From the NCBI RefSeq assembly GCF_036588685.1, contig NC_086381.1:27404001-27468000 (forward strand): a stretch of DNA of 64,000 bases, read 5' to 3'. This stretch comes from Mytilus trossulus (Eukaryota). Under the pieces are notes generated by a model. The model made no database searches, was not told the DNA's origin, and was given only the letters and a program-made list of their open reading frames with translations. Shown here in pieces: positions 34,116 through 47,300 of this stretch (positions within the stretch are counted from its first letter, which is position 1; each line of letters opens with the position of its first letter). A program made the position numbers and the translations under genes.

Positions 34116-34325
34116 GACTTGAAATGGCTAACTGTCAAAGAAGGATATTTCTGTTCTGAGTGCCATAAATACAGCACTAAAACAAGGAACAGGACAAAAA
34201 CTTGGTTCTATAGGCCATGCATTCACAGGTGGGATTCCTGCAAAAGCTTTCATGATCAGATTGAGATATTTGAGATGCACAAAACTTATTTGTCAAATGA
34301 AAGGCTAGCAGTGATAGCAGAAGAA
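34116..34325 (+). pseudogene. TTF-type zinc-finger relic of a hAT/ZNF862-like transposase
   Basis: KWLTVKEGYFCSECHKY...W...PC...RWDS...H...EMHK pattern (WL-x-FCxxC...H..H); no splice context or continuation. Confidence 0.55.
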
Positions 34326-35163
34326 TGGTTCAATTTCATTCAATGTGAATACAATATTTATCCTTCTTTTTGTGACCCCCACCCACAGCAAAATAATAAA
34401 CTGAGTCGTATGTATTATAAAAAAATCACCCGGTTGCAAGTGTTTTTTTCAAAACACCCACCTTACCTTTTTTTTTGTAATTATTTTATTTTTCAAGATG
34501 AAACATGTGAAATTACATAATACAGTATTACACACCCACCTTACCTTAGTTAAAAAAACAAGAACACTATAAAAGACTATTTATAAAATAAAGAATAGTG
34601 GTATGATTGCAAAACAGACATCTATCAAACAGATATGTTGATGCCAATATAAGAAAACAGTTACAGTTTCTGTAAGCTACTTCACAAAAAGACAAAATGA
34701 TACAGATACATGTAATATAAACAAAGATCAATCTAAAGATCAATTTAAAAATAAATGCTTCAAAGAAATTTATAATCATCCTGATGTGAGGAGACTGATC
34801 AAACAGATTTTGTGATTCAGTATGTCACATTGCATGTTGATTAAGGGGTTAAAATATTAGACACTGATTAGAGAACTTGATTTGGAAGTCAATTAGAGGA
34901 GCAGAAGTAGATCTGAGTCTTAACTTATATATCTTCTATGTAACATTTAATGAGACATGATTCAAATGAAGATTTTTTTTTATAAGAAATAAGTTTTCCT
35001 GTTCATTCAAACATGGATATGACTAATCAATGTTAGCCTTACTGTTATTTAAGCAGTCTATAAGTTTTGAGGGACGAAAAAAGTAACATGTTATTTTCAA
35101 TATTGAAAGAAAGTAGACATATATTATACATATTGATATGAATCATTTTTAAATTTCAGAAAG

Positions 35164-35397
35164 ATGAGTGAAGGAGAGTGTGTAAAGGTCATTGTGAGAT
35201 GTCGTCCCATGAATAAAAGGGAAAATGACCTGAAGTGTAAACCATGTCTCTCTATGGAGTCAAAGAGGGGACAATGTACAATAAAGAATCCTGGAGATCC
35301 TAAAGCTCCCCCCAAAATGTTCACCTTTGATGGTTCATACTACACAGACTCAGTTACAGAGAATATTTACAATGAAATAGCCTACCCGTTGGTAGAG
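35164..35397 (+). CDS. KIF17: KIF17 first coding exon
   Basis: [17 protein letters not shown]...FTFDGSY...AYPLVE; acceptor tttcag at 35157-35159 just upstream implies an untranslated upstream exon. Confidence 0.96.
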
Positions 35398-38300
35398 GTA
35401 AGACCTTACAGAGAATATTTACAATGAAATAGCTGTTTTCTGGCTCTGCTAATGTGTTGTCAGTAAACTTAAAAAGCATCTAATCACCAATTGGTTCCAT
35501 CAGAGATTAAAATACAACACAGTTATCTTCTAATTGTACAAAGGGAAACATTTAATTAAATGCAAGATTTGAAGTCTTTCTACGCTGATCACACTCTACT
35601 GTACACGGAGAGGATATTTCAATACTTTAAAAGTACTCATGAAATGTTATGAAATGATCAGTTTATGTTGTTATGACTATTAGTGTGTTTTTGCTAGATT
35701 ATTGAACATCTGATAGAAAGAAGTTTGCCTTATGATATAAACAAAGGACCAGTATTGGTTTGATGTTATATTGTTCTATACTTATTGCATTCCTTTTGGA
35801 ACTCTTCCTTTCAGCATATTTGTTGTTTTTATGAATACAAACATGGTAACATCCCAACCTGATTTAAACAGTGATGCTGTCCTTACACCTAATACAATCT
35901 ATTTTAGGCAGATTTATAACATTTGTACATCATTAAAATGTGTTCATTATTTCTTACTTTAATAAACGAAGTAAAACTAATTATACCTTTGTTTTCAGGG
36001 TGTATGTGAGGGATATAATGGTACAATTTTTGCCTATGGTCAGACAGGTTGTGGTAAATCATTTACTATGCAGGGTATAGTTGATCCTCCAACACAAAGA
36101 GGTGTTATTCCAAGGTAAATATAGTTATTGTAAAGATTTAAGGTCACCAGTGATAATTCAAAATTAATATGCAGCAGAAACAAAAATTCAACAGGGGCAT
36201 TTAAAATGTTTCCTTGACCGTCTTTCTGTCCATTTGTTCCAATTTAATTTCTGCATCTTAAGTTGACCTTATGCCAATTAGGAGTTTACCTTATGCCAAA
36301 TGCCAATTAAGAGTTTACCTTATGCCAATTAAGAGTTTACCTTATGCCAATTAAGAGTTTACCTTATGCCAATTAAGAGTTTACCTTATAAATGTCAATT
36401 TAAGAAACACAGACAGAATTCCAATTTGGGCTCAAACTCTTACATAATCTTTTTTTTCCACTTGTGATGATATATGTTTATTTATTTTTTTCAGAACTTT
36501 TGACCATATATTTGAAACAGTTTCTGTAATAGAGGGTACAAAATTTCTGCTACATGCATCCTACTGTGAAATCTACAATGAAGAAATCAGAGATTTATTG
36601 AGTAAAGATGTAAAAGCCAAGTTAGACTTACATGAACATCCAGATAAAGGAGTTTATGTCAACGGTAAATAATGTATAATAACCATATCATAGCATCATT
36701 TGGTAACTTTTAAAGATGTTTAACTTAGAAGAATGGGAATTGTTTTAGTGACAATCTTTTAAAATTGAGTTATTGCCCTTAGGCCACATTCTATAAAAAG
36801 TTGGTTTCAGATTAATAGCCAGTGAAAATTTGCATACATATAAATTAAAAACAAGTATATTTTAATTGTACTTTTTATTTAGTATAAAGGCTAAAATGTT
36901 TCTGATATGCAGATATTAAATATGTCACTAGAAAAACAGATAAAGTATTCTTGAATTTTTATTTAATTATGTTTGTTTAACAATCTGAACAAACTACTGT
37001 GTGAGTGATATTTAACATCATAATAAAACAAGTTATCTGTCAGTTATCACTAGTATCTGTGACCATCTTTTTGTTATACTTAAACTTCTTGGTTATCTAC
37101 CTTTTAAGGGGAACATATTTGAACATTTTTTTTAAAAGGCAATTAAGCATAAGAGCTCCTGACATTGAATGATGAATTATCATATGTGATTTTCCAGGAT
37201 TAACTATGCACCCAGTACACAATGTAGCTGACTGTGAGAAAATTATGGAAAGAGGTTGGAAAAACAGAGCAACAGGTGCCACTTTGATGAACGCTGATTC
37301 ATCACGAAGTCACTCTATATTTAGTGTCATGTTAGAAATGAGTCAACAGGACGAGGAAGGAGAAGATCATATCAGGGCAGGAAAACTCAACTTAGTAGAT
37401 TTGGCTGGTAGTGAAAGACAGGCAAAAACAGGTAGGTAGATTTGGCTTCTTTGTAACATCACCTTGGGGGAAAAAAAATAATCATGGACAACTTTTTCTT
37501 TTGTGCATTTACATGACCATGTATGCTTATGTTACTACATCACATTTCAATAAATAAATATTTTTTTCAACAATAAATTTCAAATGTGGTTTGAAAATGA
37601 AAACAGTGATCCGCGTGGAAATGATCTATTTCTTAATCTTGAAAAATTAACAATACCTAACAGAAAACTAGGCTAAATATATTTGACATTATCAAAGATA
37701 AATGATTGATTCAGGATTTCTGTATCTTCAAGTTTTCTTTAGTAGAGAACCATTTGTTAAAAACTCAACAAAATCTTAAACTTGTACAGAATTAAATGTT
37801 TTTTTATGTAAACATTTCTGTTCTTGATTCTAATGTTCTTAACAAACTAAATTTACCTTTATAGGAGCTACTGGTGCCAGATTGAAAGAAGCAACCAAAA
37901 TTAATTTGTCATTGTCAGCCCTTGGTAATGTCATTTCTGCACTCGTTGATGGAAAATCTAAACATATACCCTACAGAGACTCCAAACTAACTCGTTTGTT
38001 ACAAGACTCTCTCGGAGGTAACACAAAAACTCTGATGATAGCTTGTCTGTCTCCTGCTGATAATAACTATGATGAAACCTTGAGTACATTGAGATATGCT
38101 AATCGTGCCAAGAATATTACAAACAAACCCAAGATTAATGAGGATCCTAAAGATGCTTTGTTAAGACAATACCAGGAAGAGATTGAGAAGCTAAAAGCTA
38201 TGTTAGCTGGAAAGATACCTGTAACAGCTTCAGAACCAAGCTCATCAGGTTAGCTAAGGATTTTAACATCTTTTAAAAAAATATAAAGTATTCAATGGTC

Positions 38301-41300
38301 TTTGGTATTTAAACCCTGTAAAAGTAACCAATTTAAAGTAAGGGTACCCTAATTTAAACCAGCTACATTCATTTTAACGTACATATTCATGCCACCTCCT
38401 TTAATTTCAAATAAGTAATGTAAATAAGACAGTGGCAATATTTTCACAAGAACTTTTTATCTCAGAATAGATTGGTTAAAAATCTTGAAACTTCTGTTGT
38501 CAACAGTATCATAAGCTTGAAATAATTGTTCATTTCCTTCGTGATATAAATTTAACCAATGATTGACTGTTATAATACTTAAATTGAAAAATATGTCTCC
38601 TTGTAACCAGATATGAATGATGATGATGATTATGACGGTAAGTTCCTCTAAGAAACAATTCTAATCTTCATGCACAAAATTAACTTGCAACTTGCATGGA
38701 CATAAGTATTTTTCCGTTGTAATATTCACTATATGCCCTCATAAGAACCACATTTTATGAAAAATTATAGTATGATGTTTTCTGGTCGGATTAAAATTAA
38801 CCTGATACAAAAAGGTCCCAACTCTCTCTGGTATATCTTTTGGTATGATCCTAATTTTATCTCTTTCTTGGTGATGTAAACAGATGTTTTTTTGTAAGGA
38901 AATTTGCCTTATTTGAAAATAAAATTAAGGTTAATAATTATCATGTTTGTCAATATGAGGAGAAAACAGAAACAAATGATGACGAAAAAAACATGTAACT
39001 TCAGAATACTCTTCATCTTTCAAGATCTGCTTTGTAAAAATCTGTCCTCAATTGCCTGTAATTTATTGAGGCAATATGTAGCCAAACACTGTAGGTAGAA
39101 AAATACTTATGTCCATACATAGTACCTGAAATTGAAACTTGTGTGTTCATGTCCTATTTTTGAATCACATTTAAATGCAGTATGACTTTCATGCACAACT
39201 TTACTAGTATTTATGTTCAATTTAATTCTATAACTGAAACATTATTGAATTCTTTTAACTTTCATGACTTTTATTGAGAAACTGGAGTACCATATCTAAA
39301 AGAAACTTGCTTTTTTGTGTGTTTAGCTTTACATTTCACTTCAATGTTCTATAACATGTTTAAGGGAATACATTAAATTGTCTTTTTCAAATTCTCTATA
39401 TTCATTATCATTTGTCAATATGCCAATGATAAATAGTTGTGAAAACATAGAATTTATTCATCAGTCCAACAGTTCAAAGTTGAAATAGTACACTGAGGAT
39501 TTCATTGTAATAAGGAACACTGTTAACCAGACAATCAATAGACCCTTAATTCTGTTACACTTTAACATTGCACTTAATAAAAAAATTGCACACAAGACAT
39601 TTTTAGCTTCTTACTGTTTATTATTTTGATTATTGTTATAACTTTAGATAAAAGCACAATTTTGAAAAAGAAATTAAAAAAAAATAGAAAATCTAGCTGA
39701 CCCTCATTATTTGAAATTCATAAGTCTGGTGATAAATAGATGAATTTATTTATTTAAGTATAATGAATTTTATTTCCTTTCTCTGTTCACATTTCTGTCT
39801 TGCCTGTAATAAAGTCACAAATTCAGGCAGATCTATGTAACTTTTCTTTGTCATCACAATCAGATGATAATGTTGTTAAGTTTTCTAGGTAGATACATTT
39901 CAAAATGATTTTGATGTGATTCATATTTGTTACACAGCTGAATTTTGTCACTGCGCTTCTGTATAAAGAAATGATTTATATTGCTTTTGAACTTCATATT
40001 GCTGTGTTGGAATGTGATTTTATGATCAGCTGGACAGTCACTTCCTGTTTTTCTTTACCTCTGATTTTTCTTATTATTCCCACTGAGAATAGAGAATTTC
40101 ATTACATTTTTATTAACTTGTGAATTATGGAATTATTTGCCCCTGCACTTGTATTGCAATGTGTAATAAATTTCAGATCTGACTGGCAGTCACTTCCTTT
40201 TGAATGATACTGTTAATTTTAGTTATGCATTGAAGTTTCTGTAAATGTCTTATAATAAGTAGGGAGCATACTTTACAAGACACCACATGCAACATCTTGT
40301 TGTGGAGTTATGTCCCTTGTTTCTGTAAATGTCTTATAATAAGTAGGGAGCATACTTTACCAGACACCACATGCAACATCTTGTTGTGGAGTTATGTCCC
40401 TTGTTTCTGTCTATAAAGCATGCTCTCTTATAGTGTTTCATTATTTCAGGATCTAAACAACAGGCAAATAGACAGGACTTGGAGGAGGAGAAAGAAAGAA
40501 TAAGAGAGGTATGGAAATCATGTTGGATTGCTGTCTGACAGATACTTGCCCTAAATCTCATATCGTTCATGATGAAAGTTTGGTATTCTGACGTTTAGTA
40601 CAAAAATAAAAGCTTTCAAGCAATAGTCATTTACAATGCAAATGTATTAATAGTAACTTATGCAATTACCAATAAGACAGCTATCAACCAAAGATAACAG
40701 GGAAAGAAAATAAGCATCTGAAGGCTACAGTATACTGCTTTCAAGATGGTATTATCAATCTTCAACAGAATTTGATCATTTTTATTTGAATTTTGCTTCA
40801 TATTTTTTTTAATCTCAACATAAATTTCAATTCCTAAAAACTAAAAAAGACCAACAATTACAATAAAAGTCATATTTAAAATAGGAAAACAAGATTTATG
40901 AGAGTATTCTGCCTTAAAAACAAATAATAATGATTTGTTTTGTAGTAGTTGTGAGAAGTGGCAACATTTACTGTATTTGAACATATATACAAAGAATAAG
41001 TAATTTTGTATTCATTTAGGAATATGATGCAAGACTTGAAGACATGAAAAAAGAATATGAAAACGAGAAGGTTTCAAAGAATAAAATACAGAATGATATG
41101 GTGAGACTGAGAGCTTTCTACGACAACAAATTATCTAATGTTGATGGACAGATTGCTGACCTACCACCCACTGCTGCAGGTATTAGACATTACACTCATT
41201 ATATAGTATAGAACTAGTCAGTTAATCTCTTTTCATACAATACATCTGTGAAATAGAATTGTAACATTCGAGGCATTTGTGGACAATAACAAATGAGAGG

Positions 41301-44300
41301 AGATGCATATTGAAGATTGACATTTTCAATAAAAAAAACACAAGACTCATTTCATAAAAGGATTGTTTAATGGTCTTGGATCTATGTTCATATACTCTTT
41401 TATTCTGAGACTAAACTAATAGGCCTAACATTGTCAGAAGACGGAATAATAGGGTTGTTAGTGTGGTCACCATAATGCCCTGTTCTAGTGTTCTAGTGTT
41501 AGTGTTGTTGTCAAATAAAAATGTTACAGTTAATATTTAAGGGCTGAAAAGTTCAATTCTATGTCATATTTAAGAAAACAGATTGAGGGTTGGGATCCTG
41601 CTAACATGTTTAACCTCGCCACATTATATATGTATGTGCCTGTCCCAAAAATATTTTAGCAGATTGCTCAAGTGAAAGGTTATTAGTATGAAGTAAGCAC
41701 TGTAAGTAAGGAAAATAAATGAGTGAACTCAGTGTTCAAACAACCTAAGAACTAATTTTAATCAAAAGAGATTTACAACCGCTATTTATATTCGCTTTGG
41801 GAACAGACATATAAATATTGTGGGATAAACTTATTATAGTTATTTTCTCCTTAATATCTCAATAAATTGTGGAACACATTGTTTATTTATTACCATTGAA
41901 TCTAGAAAAGTTGTAAACCGATTGGTTTGTATTTTTGTTTCTTGTTATAGAGGAGTTTAGAGTGGTTCATTATATATTTTAATATGTGGGTCTACAGTTA
42001 AGTTTAAAAAGTCCATATTTATAACACAAATCAAATGTTACAATACTAAATTTCAGTGTATAACTGACATGAAAAGTTTTATAAAATAGACAATATTAAA
42101 GCTAGAGAAATAGAGATAATTTAGTCCTATAAAGAGCTTATAATATCTTAACTAAATCAATAGTTTAGTGTTGGTAGTAATAAAATATAAATGCCAATTT
42201 TATTTTATAACGCATGTTTTGTGATTTGAAAGTTGTAATGTGCTACTTAAATGTAGATATGCTTGTTTATTTTTAAACTGTATTTAAGATAATTATATTG
42301 TTGTTATTACATATATATGCCATATAACATTTTGGTTTACTCATGTTCCATAACTGAAATTATCAACCATAAATCATCATTCCTATTAAATCTTGGGAAA
42401 CATTAAATTGCAGCTTAAATCTTAAAATTTTCATATCTTCAGCCCCTGTCTTAAGAATCAACAATCTTATCTTATCTTTAGTTGTGAAAACCTTTGTCCT
42501 AATTCTGAGATCTGTAATCTTCAGATCTTATAGTTAGATCTTTAAATTGGTTAGATTTTCAGCCTCAAACTACAGCCATTATCCTGAAATTTCTCAAATA
42601 TTCAACCCTAATCTTGAAATTCCAACATTTTATTTCTTAAATATTCTTTTTGTATTGTAATTTTTCTATTGTCAAGTTGCATTTAACTATTCATCTGTTA
42701 TTATTATGAAGATGTGAAAAAAAACAATCATTGCAATTTATAATTTTATTTATCTGTCTTTATACCATAACATTGCATGTATTGTAATGTTTAAAACATA
42801 ATGAATGCATTTCAATGTTGCACAAACTAATTATATTACAGAAGTAGTTAATTAAAAGGTAGAGCAGTGCAGTAGCTGCAGTCATTAGACATAGTTCTTA
42901 ATCTCTAAAATAATGGATTCATCATTCAATATGTCATTAAGTCTCTAAATGTGTACCGACTTTAATTAATAACTTGTTATCAGGTTTTCTCATAGTGGGA
43001 AGAATGTTATTTACTTCTAAGGAACACACATGATACCAAAGGAGATACTTTAAAATAAGCTTACCACTTATAGAGGCTATTTTATTGACTTTTTAAATGT
43101 GTACAAAAATATTTCATCGCCCACCCATAGGAACAAATTTAGGTTACCTCCCTTAGTCCTTGTAAATATTGATGGAACAGCCATGAGATGTGACATTTGT
43201 TTTCAATAATTTAAAGATTGTATGCAGATTTTATATATAAGGAACTGGTTTCTGTTTGCCCCTGCTCTGAAATAAGGGCCCTAATGGTACATCTTTGTTC
43301 ACCCTTCCTTCATGAAATTTGGAATTTACCTTCATGAGAGCCTGCCTTACTATGTGACGTGTGATGAATTCCACACATATATCTCATCAACTTCCTGTTT
43401 ACTTTTTACATGTAATGGCCATTTATGATATTTTTGTCACTTTTTCTCAGAGACTATGTATCAGAGTTTCTTGAAATTTGATAGCTGTATGATATCTACT
43501 AATGTTATTTTTCACTTATGGATAAAGTTTGCAGCATCATAGATCCATTTTAGAGATTAAGTTTTGATTTGCTCTGTAATGCTTGAGAGCTTTTAATATA
43601 GTAATTGTATAATAACCAACATATATATCATGTAGTCTTAGGCGAGATAGAATGGAAAGATGAAGATGGGAACAGTGAGTTTAAAATTCTCCTACATTAT
43701 CACATTGCATGGACAATCACTGCTCAATTCTTGTACAGAAATAAAGGATGAATGTTCACATAAGTCACTCATCAAACCTATATATAATATAATGTTATTT
43801 TAAATCAATTTTTGATGGAAATCATGAACTATGATTAAGAAAATTACTTATCTATAAAGAACATCTGGTTTTGCTAATAAATTTGAAACTAAATATATAT
43901 GGTTAATTTAAGTTCAACTTTAATTGTTTATTATTTCATAATTTTATTTAACAGAGAGAAAGATATTTCATATTCAGATATTCTTCTTGTACAGAAATAG
44001 AATTGAGCAGAAAATGGGCACAATGTTAACAGCCAATATTTCTATACATTCAGTGTGTAACAGAAATATTGGTTGTAGACAGAATCCTTCGCAGGTGATC
44101 TGAGATATAATGGCCTGGTACTAAAGATTCCAGTCTCTCACATCACCTGCACAAGTATCCCTTTCCCTTTTTGGAGTTTGGTTATTCTAGAAATAGTATC
44201 ATGATTTAAAATACAAATGTATATTGTTGTAAGGAATTTTTAATTTATTTATAAGATAATCTAACATTGCATCTTGAGTCGAATCTTGACTGTTATTTTA

Positions 44301-47300
44301 AAGTGAAATGTTCTCTTGTTTTATGATGCATTTTTATAATCATGATACTATTTCTCATTTCTCAAGTGTTTGACATCTATAAATATATATATATACATAT
44401 TTATTTTCAGAATCTCTTAAGGGAGATAAACATGTTTTTATAGCTGTTATCTTTTTTTTCCTTAAACTATCCAAATTAGCAATGAAATAAAACGAGATCC
44501 CCATGATTTATTTCTGGTAAAGATTGATAGATTTTTTTCTTCTGTTTTGCATTTTCGGGAATTTATAAATCAGAGTAGAAAAAAATAAATTGTTACTCAA
44601 ATCTAACAGGATACAATTCAATGTTTTAAGACTCTATTGATCTATTAAAAATATATTTGAAACCTTTGCTGTTAGACAATAAAAGTCAACAACTATAACC
44701 AGTCAAAATATTACAAGGCTTTGTTCCGGCTTGTATCACACATTTGCATGCTTATTTTTTGCTCTATACAGCTTCTTTCCATAGAATAAAATTAATATGC
44801 CCAAGCAGTAAATTCTTACAGTAAGAGAAATACATTCACAAGACTTTTTTGGTTTTTTTTGCTTTTGCACAACAGATTTTTGCACACCCCAGCTTAAAAC
44901 TTTGTGTTCATACATTGACAAAATGTGCTTCCTCATAAAATTATATTTTGAAAAAAAAATTAAATTCCCCATTTCCATTCTCAATTTTATTTAACGACAT
45001 AATCTTCATTTTGCTTGACCTGTTATTGTTTCAGTTTAAGTCAATTTACTACATTAATCAATGAATAAAAAACATATACCGGTATATATGATATGAATAG
45101 CAGTTTGTTGATTAAAAAACTATATTTCAACCTTAATCCAAAAGCTGTAATTGATAAGTTCTCTGAAATTACAATTGTAGATCAACATTAAGATTGTACA
45201 AACAAATTGAAAATTTACTTTAAAATAGATCTTTTCTCAGAATCGTCATAAGCAAATTTTTTTCAGAAGTCTTTTTCAGTTTGTTTCAGTGAAGATCAGA
45301 GGGGTAATAACAGCTTCATGCAGCAAGGTCACTCTGATCTACATATATGCTTGATAAGTTTATGTCTGAATGTGGATCTTAGACACTATGTGACATACAT
45401 TTTAGTTTCTGTCATACCATCATACTGAAGTTGAAACTCACTTTGATAACAGTTTCAATTATATAAGAACCAATTTTGGTACAAGACACACTTTTCTATA
45501 TTACCGGTAGATAACCTATGTTTACAAGTCCATTTATCAGATAGTTGTGACTTACAATCATATAACTTGCTGATCTCCATTCTCTGTCATACTAAGTTAA
45601 GCCTCATTTTGAAGTTCATATCTCAGATCAAGTGACCTTCTTTTCAGTCCTTTCCAAACTATTTTAAAGTTAAAGTTTAAAGTTTTGAATTTCCTATTGA
45701 TAACTGTTGTAATTATTATATATTTACTGAGCTACATTAGGGGAAAATCTAATCACCTTAGTTCTTATTGTTCAATTTTTATTCTCTGTCCAAAATAAAG
45801 AACTCATGTCTAACGTCAGTCATGCAAAGTAGCAATAATCTTACAATGAGTCATGTTCTAAAATCATAACATCAGAAGTTTAAAAAAAAAAAAAGAATTA
45901 GTGAGATAGACATTTATGAAGTAAAGTCTGACCGAATGTATTATAGTTCTTTATTGAGTAAAGAATATTCAATATAATGGAAGTGTTTATTTTTGTTTTA
46001 AGTTCTGTCCCACCCTGATCTGGAAAGCCTTGGTAAGTGTACTCTGCCGTTCTCTCTCTCCATCTATCTCTTGTGTGATCAATACTTCATATCACAGTAA
46101 TACATAGAATTGCTTAATTATTCATTGAATACTGATGGTTTTGTAATGTTCATAATTTATTTTGACATAAATGAATTTATTGCATTATTTCTACTTCAAT
46201 TGTTATTTGGAAAGTGAAAAAGTTTTACAATTTTGTCTAGATTATAATTTAACTTTTAAGCAGTTCTATGTTTATTTCTTACACACACAAACATACACAT
46301 TGTCATAATGGCCTTTGGGTTTACACTTTTGTGGGTGTGGTGACCTGCTTGATTTGCATGTAATATTTCTCTCTTTGTTCAATACATCTAACAAAGGGAT
46401 AAAAAAAATAAAATGGAAACTTGTAACAAAAGACTATCAAGGTTCTATATTTTTTATTTTTTTTTAAGCTCAGAAAATTAACTTATATATATTCAATTTT
46501 AAACCATTTTGTTTGATGATTTTTCTTGGGTAAAAAAAACCCAACTACACAATTAAAACCTAAATTTAATGGACTTAAGAAGTAGCAGAACAAAATTGGT
46601 GATGAAAAAAAACCTAGAATAAACAATGTAAATTGATAAAAAAGAATTAACTAATAACAAAGAAGTAAATTAATTACAAAGAAGTAAACTGATTACAAAG
46701 AAATAAAAAAGTTACATAGAAGTCCACAATAGCATAATAGCACCCGAAGATGAACAGATCAATATGCATAATAACAGTCTCCTGCTTTGGCTGTTTCGCT
46801 TGTGTTTGAGAAATCTTTAAAGCTTGTTTCTTTGTTTGTGCAGTGAATGGTTATATTTCCATATAAATCATACAGACAGTAACCACTGGATATTCAACAT
46901 ACATCTGTTACCAGATTGTGACTGGTTCTTAACTTACTTCATAGCACTACACTTGCACTTTTACATGAAATGTCACTAGCTCTTCTAAAATTAGTTTTAT
47001 TTGAATATTCTTTTAGCAAACTATGCCAATGAAATGTGAGTTTAACTTCACTGAAAAAATATTATCATACTCCCTTTTAAAGGGGCAGATTCTCTCTACT
47101 TAAAAATCTGTTAAGTTAAACTACATGACTTTTTATGTTTAAAAAGGTTTCCTCCATCATATTTAAAAAAAAAAAAGTGAAAAGAGTTTTGTCTTTATTA
47201 TTTTTCTGCCAAGTTTATCTGTTTAAACTTCAATCCTGATCATGTTAATAGTTAAGTGTAAAAGTTTGCTGAATGAATGTTAAATTTGAAGGACAAGTGT

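Noticed and set aside
36266-36389. Short regularly spaced repeats resembling a CRISPR array
   Set aside because: No unique spacers; a plain minisatellite in a eukaryotic intron
44079-44165. Possible extra KIF17 exon ending at a U12-like donor gtatcccttt
   Set aside because: The required frame hits TGA, the donor deviates from GTATCCTT, and no matching U12 branch site was found downstream
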